Below, one piece after another: positions 19,372 through 28,754 of a DNA stretch of 64,000 bases. The position numbers and the translations under genes were made by a program. Within the stretch, counting starts at the first letter, position 1. Each line of letters begins with the position of its first letter. This stretch comes from Akkermansiaceae bacterium (lineage in GTDB: Bacteria > Verrucomicrobiota > Verrucomicrobiia > Verrucomicrobiales > Akkermansiaceae): contig JAPJNB010000043.1 in assembly GCA_026461385.1 (NCBI GenBank), positions 4,718-68,717 of the forward strand, given 5' to 3'. The notes below the pieces were generated by a model, which was not told the origin of the DNA, did not search any database, and saw nothing but the letters and a program-made list of their open reading frames with translations.

Positions 19372-19476
19372 ATGATTGGGGGGGTATTTGGTTCGTTTTG
19401 GCACCATTTTCATGTTGCCGATTTATTCATGATGGGCGTGCCCGACTCCATCCGTTGGAATCAAGACGCTTTTTTC

Positions 19477-19505
19477 AGTATAGCATGAAATGCTGAAAAA
19501 ATCAA
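19477..19505 (-). promoter_or_regulatory. Sigma70-like promoter of the small CxxC gene
   Basis: Minus strand -35 TTGATT (19505-19500), 17-bp spacer, -10 TATACT (19482-19477). Confidence 0.65.
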
Positions 19506-19635
19506 GAATGCGTGGCGAAGTGATAAATGGCATCATTTATATCTGGGTGTCATTCTACTTGGCGCAATACCCCGCCAACACCAAATCAATGAATTCACTG
19601 GCAACGGTAAGGAGACCACTTCATCTCCCCAGCCG

Positions 19636-19824
19636 CTGTCAGGAAGTCACCAAGCGCTGTCGGTGACTCACTTGGAGCTGTCAGGGCATTCCTAGCCGTT
19701 GTCAGCCAATTCCCAGAAGCTGTCAGGGCATTCCCAGACGCTGTCAGTCAATTCCCACACGCTGTCAGAGACTCCCCAAGTCCTGTCAGCCCCCGACCCG
19801 TCGCGGTCAGACACATTCCCATCC
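19636..19824. repeat. Degenerate 21-bp tandem repeat, 9 units
   Basis: The core (C/T)TGTC(A/G)G recurs at 19636, 19657, 19678, 19699, 19720, 19741, 19762, 19783 and, degenerate, 19804: exact 21-bp period. Approximate consensus CTGTCAGnnnATTCCCAGnnG. Confidence 0.85.
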
Positions 19825-20078
19825 CAGGCCCTCCAATCCTCATTTCTGTCAGTTGCATCGCATTCCATCGCTGGCTCATTTTCATTAACTTAAGCCCATC
19901 ACCCCATTCGGTGGTAGCGGGAGCCCGCCGCCTCGCCCATACCGATTGGCTGCGAGCGGACAAGGCTCTCCATGCTCTGCTGGATATCGAGCGTTTTCCC
20001 GGCTCCGTGCGCCGCGTAGCCGAAAAATGATTTAACTTCGGATTTCGGGATTATTTTTCGGGGACATGGCCCGAAAGC

Positions 20079-20100
20079 AATGTGACAGGTTTGTCACATT
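20079..20100. promoter_or_regulatory. Perfect palindrome upstream of cheA (CRP-like half-sites, 8-bp spacer)
   Basis: AATGTGACA-GGTT-TGTCACATT has 9-bp perfect arms and contains TGTGA-N8-TCACA. Confidence 0.6.
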
Positions 20101-20107
20101 GGGTTAA

Positions 20108-22390
20108 TTGTTAGCTAACCGTTTTACAATGCAACCTAACCAATCTGTGATGTCCACTTCTTCTAGCGAATCGAAATACCTTCTCCAATTTGTTGAGCTG
20201 CACAGCCAGATTGGTGTGGAACTGGCTTTCGTGGGGCCGGGATCTGATGTTGGCCTCCTGCCGATCAACAGCCTTCTCATGGATTTTGAAGATGCCAACG
20301 AGTCGGACATTCCCGCAGTATTGGTAAGTGGAATTGCGATCGCCCGAGTCTGGTTGGACCATATTTTTGATCAAACCGGGCAGTTTTCAGAGGAGTTGAT
20401 TCTCAGCTTCAATGAATGGCACGGCTGGATGGCGGAGGCGCTTGCGGCATGGGAAAGGGCAGAAGCGTTACCCGCGATCCCATCGACATGGACGAATCAA
20501 GTGGCAACTGCCAGCGCGCCAGCAGAACTGTTGGAATCTGAATCTTCCGAAGTTGCTTCAGTCGTGTCGGAGGAGATTCCCGAATTTGAAGAGAAGGCGA
20601 TTGTGCTCAATCTCAAGGATGATGCGGAGCTGCTTTATGAGTTCCACGGAGAGTCGGTCGAGCTGCTTCAAGAAATTGAACAAGGCGTGCTCATCCTTGA
20701 GGAAAACCCCAGGGACTCAGCGACGATCAATTCGATTTTTCGCGCCTTCCACACCTTCAAGGGCGGGGCTGGCTTCCTTCATCTTCATGCACTGCAAGAT
20801 TTGGCGCACGATCTCGAGTCTTTGCTCGATGCCGCCCGCCAGTCAAAGTTGCAAATCACTTCGCACGTCATCGATTTGATCCTTGCGGGTTCAGACGTGC
20901 TTAAAAATTACACCAACGAGATCGGCGCACAGCTCAAAGGGGTTCACGCCGGTGAGCCGATCACGGTTCCAACCAGTCAGTTGATCTTGCGGGTTAAGGC
21001 CGTTTTGAACGGCGAGACGCCGATTTTGGCACCGAGTCCTGCAAAGCCGGCCCCTGTCGTTGCGATGGCCAAGGTCGAAGTTGCGCCGCAACTCGTGATT
21101 GAAATGGTGGTTCCCAACGTGATCGCGGCACCGGCATTGGAGCCAATGCCCACGGTGATCGCGGTGGATAAAGCACCCGCCGCAGAAGTGGCTGCCAAGC
21201 CGGTCCCTAGCAAGCGTGCCGCAGCGGTGGAGTCGAGTTCTGGCTTTATTAAACTTGAGACTTGGAAACTCGATGCACTTGTGGACTTGGTGGGTGAGCT
21301 CTTCATCGCGCAGTCGATGGTGGTTCAAGATCCGGATGTCCAGAACCTCGACAGTCGCACTTTAGCCCGCAGCCTCCGACAGCTTAGCCGCACGACCACG
21401 GAGCTTCAACGCAACGCGATGTCGCTGCGCATGGTGCCCATTCGCGGGGTTTTTCAAAAGATGACGCGTCTCGTCCGCGACATTGGTGCGGTTCAACACA
21501 AAGAAGTACAACTCATCCTCGACGGTGAAGAAACTGAGCTCGATCGAAATATCGTCGACAAACTCGGAGATCCACTGGTCCACATGATCCGCAATGCTGT
21601 CGATCATGGCCTCGAGTCGCCCAGCGATCGAACCGCCATGGGCAAGCCATCACTTGGCACCGTTCGACTCAGCGCTTCTCACCAGCGCGGGGGGATTTTG
21701 ATTCGGATTCAGGACGACGGCAAAGGGCTCGATGCTGCGAAGATTCTCGCCAAGGCCATCGAGCGTGGACTGGTCGCTCAAAATGCCGAGCTCACGGAGG
21801 CGGAAATTTTTGATCTGATTTTCATGCCCGGATTTTCCACGGCAGCAGCCGTCACCGATCTTTCTGGGCGCGGCGTTGGCATGGACGTGGTGCGCCGGAA
21901 CATCGAGGGCCTGCGTGGCAAAATCGAAATTCAATCGGCACTGGGAGCGGGCTCCACCTTCAACATTCTATTGCCTCTCACTCTCGCGATCATCGACGGT
22001 CTGATGGTCGGGGTTGGTGGCGAGCGTTACATCATACCGACCATCTCCGTTCGCGAGTCTTTCCGGCCGGCCCCAGGCATGGTCAGCACCGTCCAAGAAC
22101 GTGGCGAGCTGGTGATGGTCCGCGGCAAGCTGACTCCGGTGCTCCGTCTCGGCCAGTTCCTTGGCACGATCCCCAAAGCCAACACACCCGAAGAAGGCAT
22201 CATCGTCGTCGTCGAATCGGGCGATGCCATGCGAGCGATCCTTGTCGATGAACTGATCGGCAAACAAGAAGTGGTGATCAAGAGCCTTGGCGACACCTTC
22301 CAGCACCAGAACCTACTCGCGGGAGCCGCCGTCCTTGGCGATGGCGCGGTCGGCCTCATCCTCGATGTCGATACCATCGTGAAACTCTGA
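20108..22390 (+). CDS. cheA: Chemotaxis histidine kinase CheA
   Basis: Hpt IFRAFHTFKGGAGF, dimerisation KLDALVDLVGELFI, HATPase HMIRNAVDHG / DDGKG / FMPGFST / SGRGVGMDVV and C-terminal CheW domain. In-frame ATGs at 20129 and 20150 are likelier starts than the TTG at 20108. Confidence 0.95.
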   Translation: MLANRFTMQPNQSVMSTSSSESKYLLQFVELHSQIGVELAFVGPGSDVGLLPINSLLMDFEDANESDIPAVLVSGIAIARVWLDHIFDQTGQFSEELILSFNEWHGWMAEALAAWERAEALPAIPSTWTNQVATASAPAELLESESSEVASVVSEEIPEFEEKAIVLNLKDDAELLYEFHGESVELLQEIEQGVLILEENPRDSATINSIFRAFHTFKGGAGFLHLHALQDLAHDLESLLDAARQSKLQITSHVIDLILAGSDVLKNYTNEIGAQLKGVHAGEPITVPTSQLILRVKAVLNGETPILAPSPAKPAPVVAMAKVEVAPQLVIEMVVPNVIAAPALEPMPTVIAVDKAPAAEVAAKPVPSKRAAAVESSSGFIKLETWKLDALVDLVGELFIAQSMVVQDPDVQNLDSRTLARSLRQLSRTTTELQRNAMSLRMVPIRGVFQKMTRLVRDIGAVQHKEVQLILDGEETELDRNIVDKLGDPLVHMIRNAVDHGLESPSDRTAMGKPSLGTVRLSASHQRGGILIRIQDDGKGLDAAKILAKAIERGLVAQNAELTEAEIFDLIFMPGFSTAAAVTDLSGRGVGMDVVRRNIEGLRGKIEIQSALGAGSTFNILLPLTLAIIDGLMVGVGGERYIIPTISVRESFRPAPGMVSTVQERGELVMVRGKLTPVLRLGQFLGTIPKANTPEEGIIVVVESGDAMRAILVDELIGKQEVVIKSLGDTFQHQNLLAGAAVLGDGAVGLILDVDTIVKL

Positions 22391-22432
22391 CCCACCGAAA
22401 CAAGCGCCTGCCGACAAATTTAATACTTACTG

Positions 22433-22969
22433 ATGAGCACGACACCACCATCCACCGCTGAAACCAAAAGCAAAACCGGCCGCTATCTAACATTTAGACT
22501 TGGCCAAGAGACCTACGGTCTGCCGGTTCTGAATGTCCGGGAAATCATTCGCATCTGCCCGATCACCCCGGTACCTAAAATGCCGACCCATATTAAAGGA
22601 GTGATCAACCTGCGTGGCACCGTGATCGCGGTGTTAGACCTTCGGGCGAAGTTCGATCTTTCCAAGGCGGATTTCGGCGACCGCGCCTGCATCATCGTGG
22701 TTCAACTCACGGCACCAGACGGTCGCAAAAATCTGATTGGCGCGATGGTCGATGCGGTGGAAGAAGTGATCCAACTCAATGAGGAAAGCATCGAGCCCGC
22801 GCCTGACTTTGGAGGGTCCCAAGAAACCCAATACATCCTCGGTGTGACCACTGGCCAAGACGGCGTGAAGACCCTCTTGGACATCAATAAGATTTTCACG
22901 GATGACTTCTCCGCGACCCGCCCGCTGGCCGAAGGGGCGGCAAATCATCAGAGCGAAGCGCTCAGCTAA
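22433..22969 (+). CDS. cheW: CheW coupling protein
   Basis: YLTFRLGQETYGLPVLNVREII, ITPVP, GVINLRGTVI and VDAVEEV. Confidence 0.95.
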   Translation: MSTTPPSTAETKSKTGRYLTFRLGQETYGLPVLNVREIIRICPITPVPKMPTHIKGVINLRGTVIAVLDLRAKFDLSKADFGDRACIIVVQLTAPDGRKNLIGAMVDAVEEVIQLNEESIEPAPDFGGSQETQYILGVTTGQDGVKTLLDINKIFTDDFSATRPLAEGAANHQSEALS

Positions 22970-23040
22970 ATTTCTGCCTATAGCGAAACTAAATTTTTTA
23001 AGAAACGACACGCAAAACCATATTATACCATCGAATCAAT

Positions 23041-24711
23041 ATGAAAAACTGGACTATATCACGCCGCATTATTACCGGCTTCACTGTTATCGTGCTCATC
23101 GCGACCCTCATGGGATCCTATGCCTTGTATCGGATCACCGGCCTCTCTAAAGAAATTCTCAACCTAGGTGAAAATTCGATACCGAGTATCGTATTGCTAA
23201 CCACGGTCGATCGAGAAATCAGTGCCACGATGCTTCATCTGGAGCAAATGGAGGGAGAGAATAATCCCAAGGCCATCGCTGAATTTAAGGAAAGTTTGCC
23301 CAAACATAAGGCCACGATCGGCGAGCTCATTAAAAAATATGATGGGCTGATTTCTGATGCCAAGGATCGTAGTCTATTTGATGAGGTCATCAAATACGAG
23401 CGGTTATACTTCCCCGCGTATGAACATTCCTATGAACTTCTCGCTAGCGGTAAAAGTGATGAGCATGACAAAGCACAGGCGGAAGATGTCATCCCGACTT
23501 ACCGCAAGATGATGACGGCCCTTGAGGAAGATGCCCAATATAACGAAACTCTGGCGAATCAGGCATCTTCTAAAGGTAAGGCGGATGCTACATCTTCGAC
23601 CTATATCGTTGGCATCATCTTGGCCGCCACGGTTCTGTTCGCGACGTTCTTTGCATGGCTGGTCTCCAGCAGCACCAAAAAGGCATTGCAAACCTTGGCC
23701 AGCAATCTCGCTCAAGGCGCGTTGCAAACCGCAGCGGCTGCCCGTCAGGTTTCGATGGCGAGCAACCAACTTTCCTCTGGCTCTAGCGAGCAGGCATCTT
23801 CCGTCGAGGAGACCAGCACCTCACTGGAAGAGATGTCGAGCATGATCCGTGCAACCGCAGAAAACGCGCAAAAAGCCAAGTCGCTTGCGACTGAGGCTCG
23901 TGCGGAAGCGCAGGCGGGTAGCCAAACGATGGGCGAAATGATGGAGGCCATGACCGCGATCAACACCTCGAGTGCCGAGGTTGCGAAAATTGTCAAAAAC
24001 ATCGATGAAATCGCCTTCCAAACCAACATCCTCGCGCTCAACGCAGCGGTCGAGGCCGCGCGTGCGGGTGAGGCAGGTGCTGGCTTTGCGGTGGTGGCCG
24101 ACGAGGTCCGCTCCCTCGCGCAGCGAAGTGCCGCTGCCGCCAAGGAAACGGCGGAGAAGATTGAAGCGGCCATCGCTAACAGCCGCAATGGTTCCCTGTG
24201 CTCCACCAAGGTCGGTGAGTCACTCAAGCAGATCACCGAAAAGGTCAGCGCGACGGATGCCCTCGTGGCGGACATCGCGGCGGCCGCCTCCGAACAATCC
24301 CAAGGCATCCAACAAATCAACAATGCGATGGCGCAGATGGACAAGGTGACGCAGGGAAATGCTGCCAGCTCAGAAGAGAGCGCGAGTGCGGCCGAAGAAC
24401 TGGATGCCCAGGCGGAGACGATGAAGGACTTGGTCGGTCAACTTCGCGAACTCGTGGAAGGCAAGTCCAAGGGTGGATCTGCAACGAATCATGGCCAATA
24501 TCAATCCGCTGGCGCTCAGGAGAATTACCGCACCAAAGCGGTTTTCACTGGAGCTTATAACGGTGGTGGACGTCGTCCGATTCCAATGCCAGAGGACGGT
24601 GACTATCGCAGCCGTCCCGCCATCGCGAATAGCGGCCCACGGCTGATACCGATGCCGGACGACAATCATTCCACGGGTGCTAACGACGACAGCAACTTTC
24701 GGAATTTCTAA
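23041..24711 (+). CDS. Methyl-accepting chemotaxis protein with a periplasmic 4HB sensor domain and a C-terminal pentapeptide
   Basis: Two TM segments flank a helical periplasmic domain; hairpin tip [43 protein letters not shown]; ends DDSNFRNF. Confidence 0.95.
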   Translation: MKNWTISRRIITGFTVIVLIATLMGSYALYRITGLSKEILNLGENSIPSIVLLTTVDREISATMLHLEQMEGENNPKAIAEFKESLPKHKATIGELIKKYDGLISDAKDRSLFDEVIKYERLYFPAYEHSYELLASGKSDEHDKAQAEDVIPTYRKMMTALEEDAQYNETLANQASSKGKADATSSTYIVGIILAATVLFATFFAWLVSSSTKKALQTLASNLAQGALQTAAAARQVSMASNQLSSGSSEQASSVEETSTSLEEMSSMIRATAENAQKAKSLATEARAEAQAGSQTMGEMMEAMTAINTSSAEVAKIVKNIDEIAFQTNILALNAAVEAARAGEAGAGFAVVADEVRSLAQRSAAAAKETAEKIEAAIANSRNGSLCSTKVGESLKQITEKVSATDALVADIAAAASEQSQGIQQINNAMAQMDKVTQGNAASSEESASAAEELDAQAETMKDLVGQLRELVEGKSKGGSATNHGQYQSAGAQENYRTKAVFTGAYNGGGRRPIPMPEDGDYRSRPAIANSGPRLIPMPDDNHSTGANDDSNFRNF

Positions 24712-24729
24712 TCCGAGAATCATTGCTAG

Positions 24730-25590
24730 ATGTTCGACTCTCAACCCATCAAGGATTTCAGAGATGCTACCATCTCTGCAGATGCTTACCGAATCATTGT
24801 CGAGTTGGTCTACGAGCATAGTAGAATCAAACTCGGCAATGACAAGCAGACCTTGTTGTCTAACCGCCTCGGCAAAAGGTTAAGGCATCTTGGGCTGAAC
24901 TCATACGATGAGTATGGTGTCCTGCTGCGTTCGCATGGGGCGAGTGAGGAGCTGGAGCATTTGGTAGACCTCATTTCCACCAACCACACCCGTTTCTACC
25001 GAGAGCCAGATCACTTTACTTTTCTGACCAGTCGGATCTTGCCGCCGCTGATTCCACAGCTCGCGGAAGTGGGCGAACCGCTGCGGGTATGGTCCGCGGC
25101 GTCTTCGTCAGGCGAGGAACCCTATACCTTAGCCATCGTCCTTGCCGAGTATCTGAGGATTCACCCAAGCATCAAATGGCAAATTGAGGCATCTGACATC
25201 TCGAACAAAATGATCGATCAGGCACGGCGTGGGATCTATCGGATGGATGTGGTCGAGCCGGTGCCCCAGGTGTTGTTGGAGCGCTATTTTCAGAAAGGGG
25301 TGGGCGAGCAACATGGCAACTGCCGTGTTCGTGAGGAGTTGAGGCAAAAAGTCCGCTACGACCGCGTGAATTTGTTTCAGCCAGAATATCCAGTAGCACG
25401 CAAGCAACATGTAATATTTTGCCGGAATGTGATGATCTATTTCGATATTCCATCGCGTGAGCTGGCAGTGAAGAAGTTATCTCAGTATCTAGCACCCGGC
25501 GGCTACCTCATCGTGGGACATTCGGAGAGTCTGATGGGTATTAAACATGGATTGGAATCGGTACGGCAGGGAGTTTATCGAAAGCCATGA
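24730..25590 (+). CDS. cheR: CheR methyltransferase
   Basis: STNHTRFYREPDHF, LRVWSAASSSGEEPYT, ASDIS, IFCRNVMIYF and LIVGHSESL. Confidence 0.95.
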   Translation: MFDSQPIKDFRDATISADAYRIIVELVYEHSRIKLGNDKQTLLSNRLGKRLRHLGLNSYDEYGVLLRSHGASEELEHLVDLISTNHTRFYREPDHFTFLTSRILPPLIPQLAEVGEPLRVWSAASSSGEEPYTLAIVLAEYLRIHPSIKWQIEASDISNKMIDQARRGIYRMDVVEPVPQVLLERYFQKGVGEQHGNCRVREELRQKVRYDRVNLFQPEYPVARKQHVIFCRNVMIYFDIPSRELAVKKLSQYLAPGGYLIVGHSESLMGIKHGLESVRQGVYRKP

Positions 25591-26645
25591 TGCTAGGAGG
25601 TCGAAAAATCAGGGTGCTGGTGGTGGACGACTCGGCGCTTGCGCGTCGGGCCATCACCGACGCTTTGGCGCGCGACCACGAGATCGAGGTGATTGGGGGT
25701 GCAGCCGATGCCTATCAGGCCCGCGAGAAAATTTTAGAGTTAGAGCCAGACGTCGTTACGTTGGATCTGGAGATGCCGCGGATGGACGGGCTCACCTTTC
25801 TGAAGATTTTGCAGGAGCATCATCCAGTTCCAGTCGTGGTGATTAGTTCTCTTACCCAGGCAGGTTCTGCCAAAGCGATGGATGCGCTGAATGCAGGGGC
25901 GATCGATGTGATCGGGAAACCCGACGGCAGTCGAAGTTTAGTACAAATGGGGCATGTCCTTGCGTATCATGTGAAGGCGGCTGCTCGTTCTCGCCCAAAG
26001 CCTCGCATTGCTAAAACCGAGCCCGCACCGAAATCTCCATTCCCAACTGCCTTTCCGGCGGGGAAATTTTCCCCACGCCAGTTGATTGTGATCGGCTCGT
26101 CTACGGGCGGCGTGGAGGCGCTGCGCTATATTTTGCCACGCCTTCCTGCGGGCCTGCCGCCCATCGTGGTGGTTCAACATATCCCCGCGAATTTTTCGAG
26201 AATCATGGCTCATCATCTCGATGAGCTCTGCTCATTTCAGGTTCGTGAAGCGCGTGATGGTGAGGAGTTGCGTGCCGGCACCTGCCTCATTGCGCCAGGG
26301 GATTTTCACGTCACGCTGGTTTCTAATGGAATGGGCTACCGGGTGAGGCTCGTGCAGTCGCCACCGGTTCACCATTGTCGGCCGGCGGTTGATATCCTCT
26401 TTCGCTCAGCAGCACAGTATGCTGGATCCCACGCGGTAGCCGCGTTGTTGACGGGCATGGGTGTCGATGGTGCAGCAGGTTTGAAAGCGCTCCAAATGTC
26501 TGGTGCTAAAACATTCGCAGAAGCCGAAGAGAGCTGTATCGTCTTCGGCATGCCGCAAGCCGCCATCAAACTCGGTGCTGCAGATCATGTGGTCCCACTT
26601 CCTCAAATGCCTCAGTCCATTCTTAAGGCCATCACCACCAAATAG
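25587..26645 (+). CDS. cheB: CheB response regulator-methylesterase
   Basis: REC domain (VLVVDDS, TLDLEMP) plus esterase triad motifs IGSSTGG, VQHIP and LTGMGVDG. Confidence 0.95.
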   Translation: MMLGGRKIRVLVVDDSALARRAITDALARDHEIEVIGGAADAYQAREKILELEPDVVTLDLEMPRMDGLTFLKILQEHHPVPVVVISSLTQAGSAKAMDALNAGAIDVIGKPDGSRSLVQMGHVLAYHVKAAARSRPKPRIAKTEPAPKSPFPTAFPAGKFSPRQLIVIGSSTGGVEALRYILPRLPAGLPPIVVVQHIPANFSRIMAHHLDELCSFQVREARDGEELRAGTCLIAPGDFHVTLVSNGMGYRVRLVQSPPVHHCRPAVDILFRSAAQYAGSHAVAALLTGMGVDGAAGLKALQMSGAKTFAEAEESCIVFGMPQAAIKLGAADHVVPLPQMPQSILKAITTK

Positions 26646-26648
26646 CCG

Positions 26649-27122
26649 ATGACGATTTCAAACCATCTATCGAATGAGCTCAGTCAAACTGCGGCCAACG
26701 CCATATCTGAGGTTTTTTCAACCCAACTGAAGCTCTATCCTGAAGAATCCTCCCTGGCGATGGAATCGAGTGCATTGCATCATTCGTCCGTTACCATCAT
26801 CGGAGAGCGCATGGAGGCTTCAGTTTTGTTGCAATTTTCAGAAGTGTTCGCTGCGCGGGCTACGGAATTAATGATTGGCGGCGAGTGCGAGGAGGATGAC
26901 ATCAAGGATGTGACCGGTGAGCTTTGCAATATGGTCGCTGGCAGGGTGAAGGCGGGGCTTGCGGCTGTCGGATTTGTTGGAACCCTCGCGACACCGATCG
27001 TGACCAGCGGCCCTTTCATCAAACTACGGAAAATGGCAGGCTCTGAATTTTGTGAAAATAACTGGTCCTGCGAAGGTCATGCAATCAATCTCCAAGTACT
27101 CCTACGGATTCTACCATCATGA
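26649..27122 (+). CDS. cheX: CheX-family phosphatase
   Basis: DVTGELCNMVAG (ExxN motif) and ATPIVTSG. Confidence 0.8.
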   Translation: MTISNHLSNELSQTAANAISEVFSTQLKLYPEESSLAMESSALHHSSVTIIGERMEASVLLQFSEVFAARATELMIGGECEEDDIKDVTGELCNMVAGRVKAGLAAVGFVGTLATPIVTSGPFIKLRKMAGSEFCENNWSCEGHAINLQVLLRILPS

Positions 27123-27505
27123 TCCCTAAAATTCTGACTGTTGACGACAGTAGAGCGATTCGCATGGTGCTTAAGCGGCTCTTCCGGCCATTTGCCTGTG
27201 AACTATTTGAGGCCGGTGATGGTGAGGAAGGTCTTGCCGTAGCAACCAACGAAAAACCCGACCTGATCATCCTCGATTACAACATGCCAGTGATGGATGG
27301 CGTGGCGATGCTGCGCCAGATGAGAGAGAACCCCGAGCTTAAGCGAACACCGGTGATCATGCTTACGGCGGATGCGAGTAGCGAGATCATCAATACGGTG
27401 GCCCGCCTCGGAGTAAGAGATTACGTCACCAAGCCATTCGATGATGCACAGCTTCTGGATAAAGTATCTCGAGTCATTGCGCTGAATCGCATTGAAGAGG
27501 CTTGA
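27119..27505 (+). CDS. Single-domain response regulator (CheY-like)
   Basis: ILTVDDS, LIILDYNMPVMDG (phospho-Asp), LTAD and YVTKPF. Confidence 0.9.
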   Translation: MIPKILTVDDSRAIRMVLKRLFRPFACELFEAGDGEEGLAVATNEKPDLIILDYNMPVMDGVAMLRQMRENPELKRTPVIMLTADASSEIINTVARLGVRDYVTKPFDDAQLLDKVSRVIALNRIEEA

Positions 27506-27545
27506 TCGTTTCCTCCTAAAATCGAATTCTTTCCACGAAAAAATC

Positions 27546-28706
27546 ATGAACGAGATCATTCCACAAGTGCCCAACCCAGATGGGGCAGTTCTTCCCCAGC
27601 AAGTCGCCAGTACCCTGAAAAAAGCGGATGTCCTTGTGGTAGACGATAGCCGCATGATGCGTGCGGCACTAGGCCGCTCGTTAAGGGAACTGGGATTTAG
27701 CAATATCTCGGAAGCCGTAGATGGTGCCGATGCAGTCAACAAACTCCTCGAAAAACCTTATGATTTGATGCTGCTGGACATGGAAATGCCCGTCATGAAC
27801 GGGATGGAAGTGCTGGCCGCGATGCGACTCGACTCGAGGCTTAGTGGAGTCCCCGTGATCGTCATTTCAGCCGCCGATCAAATCGAGAAGGCCGTCCAGT
27901 GCATTGAGGCGGGAGCTGAAGATTATCTTCCTAAGCCACCTGCACTTACCTTGCTGCGGGCGCGGGTGACCACGGCACTGGAGAAAAAGCGTCTGCGTGA
28001 TCTCGAACGTCTCCGCTTCGCTCAGTTGCAGGCAGAAAAGGAATTGGTAGAGCTCGAAAAGGAAAAATCAGAAAAATTGCTGCTGAATATTCTTCCTGGC
28101 GCAATTGCTGGACGTCTGAAAAGCGGCGAAAAAACCATTGCTAACGGTCATGCCACAGTTTCGGTCATGTTTGCAGATCTCTGCGGTTTCACGGCTCTCT
28201 CGCGTAAGACGAATCCCGCTCAATTGGTTGAAATGCTGAATGGTATTTTCACGGCCTTCGACCTGATTGTCGAAAAGCACGGGGTAGAAAAAATTAAGAC
28301 CATCGGTGATTGCTATATGATGGTGGGGGGGCTCCCAACCCATCGCGATGACCATGCCCAAGTGGTGGCAGATGCGGCCCTTGAAATGGTGCAGGCCCTC
28401 GACCGACTCAATCAAATCAATGGGACTGATTTAAAAATGCGTGTTGGCATTCATACCGGACCGGTGGTGGCGGGCGTCATTGGGAAGATTAAATTTACCT
28501 ACGATCTCTGGGGAGATACCGTCAATGTTGCAAGTCGGATGGAATCATCGGGCTTGCCCGGAATGGTGCATCTTTCCGAGCAGACACAGGAAGCGCTCAA
28601 AGGTAAATTCATGTTGGAAGAAAGGGGATTTGTCGAATGCAAGGGTCTTGGCCAAGTTAAAACTTTTTTCCTGAAAGGTCGTGAGGGTCAGGTGATACCT
28701 GTCTAG
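27546..28706 (+). CDS. Response regulator-class III adenylate cyclase fusion
   Basis: REC (VLVVDDS, LLDMEMP, DYLPKP), coiled coil SEKLLLNILP, then cyclase with FADLCGFT, EKIKTIGDCY and YDLWGDTVNVASRMES. Likely start ATG 27546; the ORF track gives 27492. Confidence 0.92.
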   Translation: MNEIIPQVPNPDGAVLPQQVASTLKKADVLVVDDSRMMRAALGRSLRELGFSNISEAVDGADAVNKLLEKPYDLMLLDMEMPVMNGMEVLAAMRLDSRLSGVPVIVISAADQIEKAVQCIEAGAEDYLPKPPALTLLRARVTTALEKKRLRDLERLRFAQLQAEKELVELEKEKSEKLLLNILPGAIAGRLKSGEKTIANGHATVSVMFADLCGFTALSRKTNPAQLVEMLNGIFTAFDLIVEKHGVEKIKTIGDCYMMVGGLPTHRDDHAQVVADAALEMVQALDRLNQINGTDLKMRVGIHTGPVVAGVIGKIKFTYDLWGDTVNVASRMESSGLPGMVHLSEQTQEALKGKFMLEERGFVECKGLGQVKTFFLKGREGQVIPV

Positions 28707-28754
28707 TAGCGAGAGGTCCCATGCTAGATAATTGAAGAACCTGAAAGGACAGCT

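Noticed and set aside
19636-19824. 21-bp periodic repeat as a CRISPR array or integron cassette array
   Set aside because: The period is too short, the conserved core is only ~7 bp, there are no distinct 25-40 bp spacers, and no cas or integrase genes are present.
19699-19963. Short ORFs 19699-19893 (+) and 19748-19963 (-) as real genes
   Set aside because: They are readings of the repeat array, start mid-repeat or at weak starts, and each repeat frame is interrupted by a stop.
20108-27505. Ordinary flagellar chemotaxis operon
   Set aside because: No flagellar, motor or cheZ genes are in the window and the operon continues into cAMP genes. Motility cannot be excluded genome-wide from this window alone.
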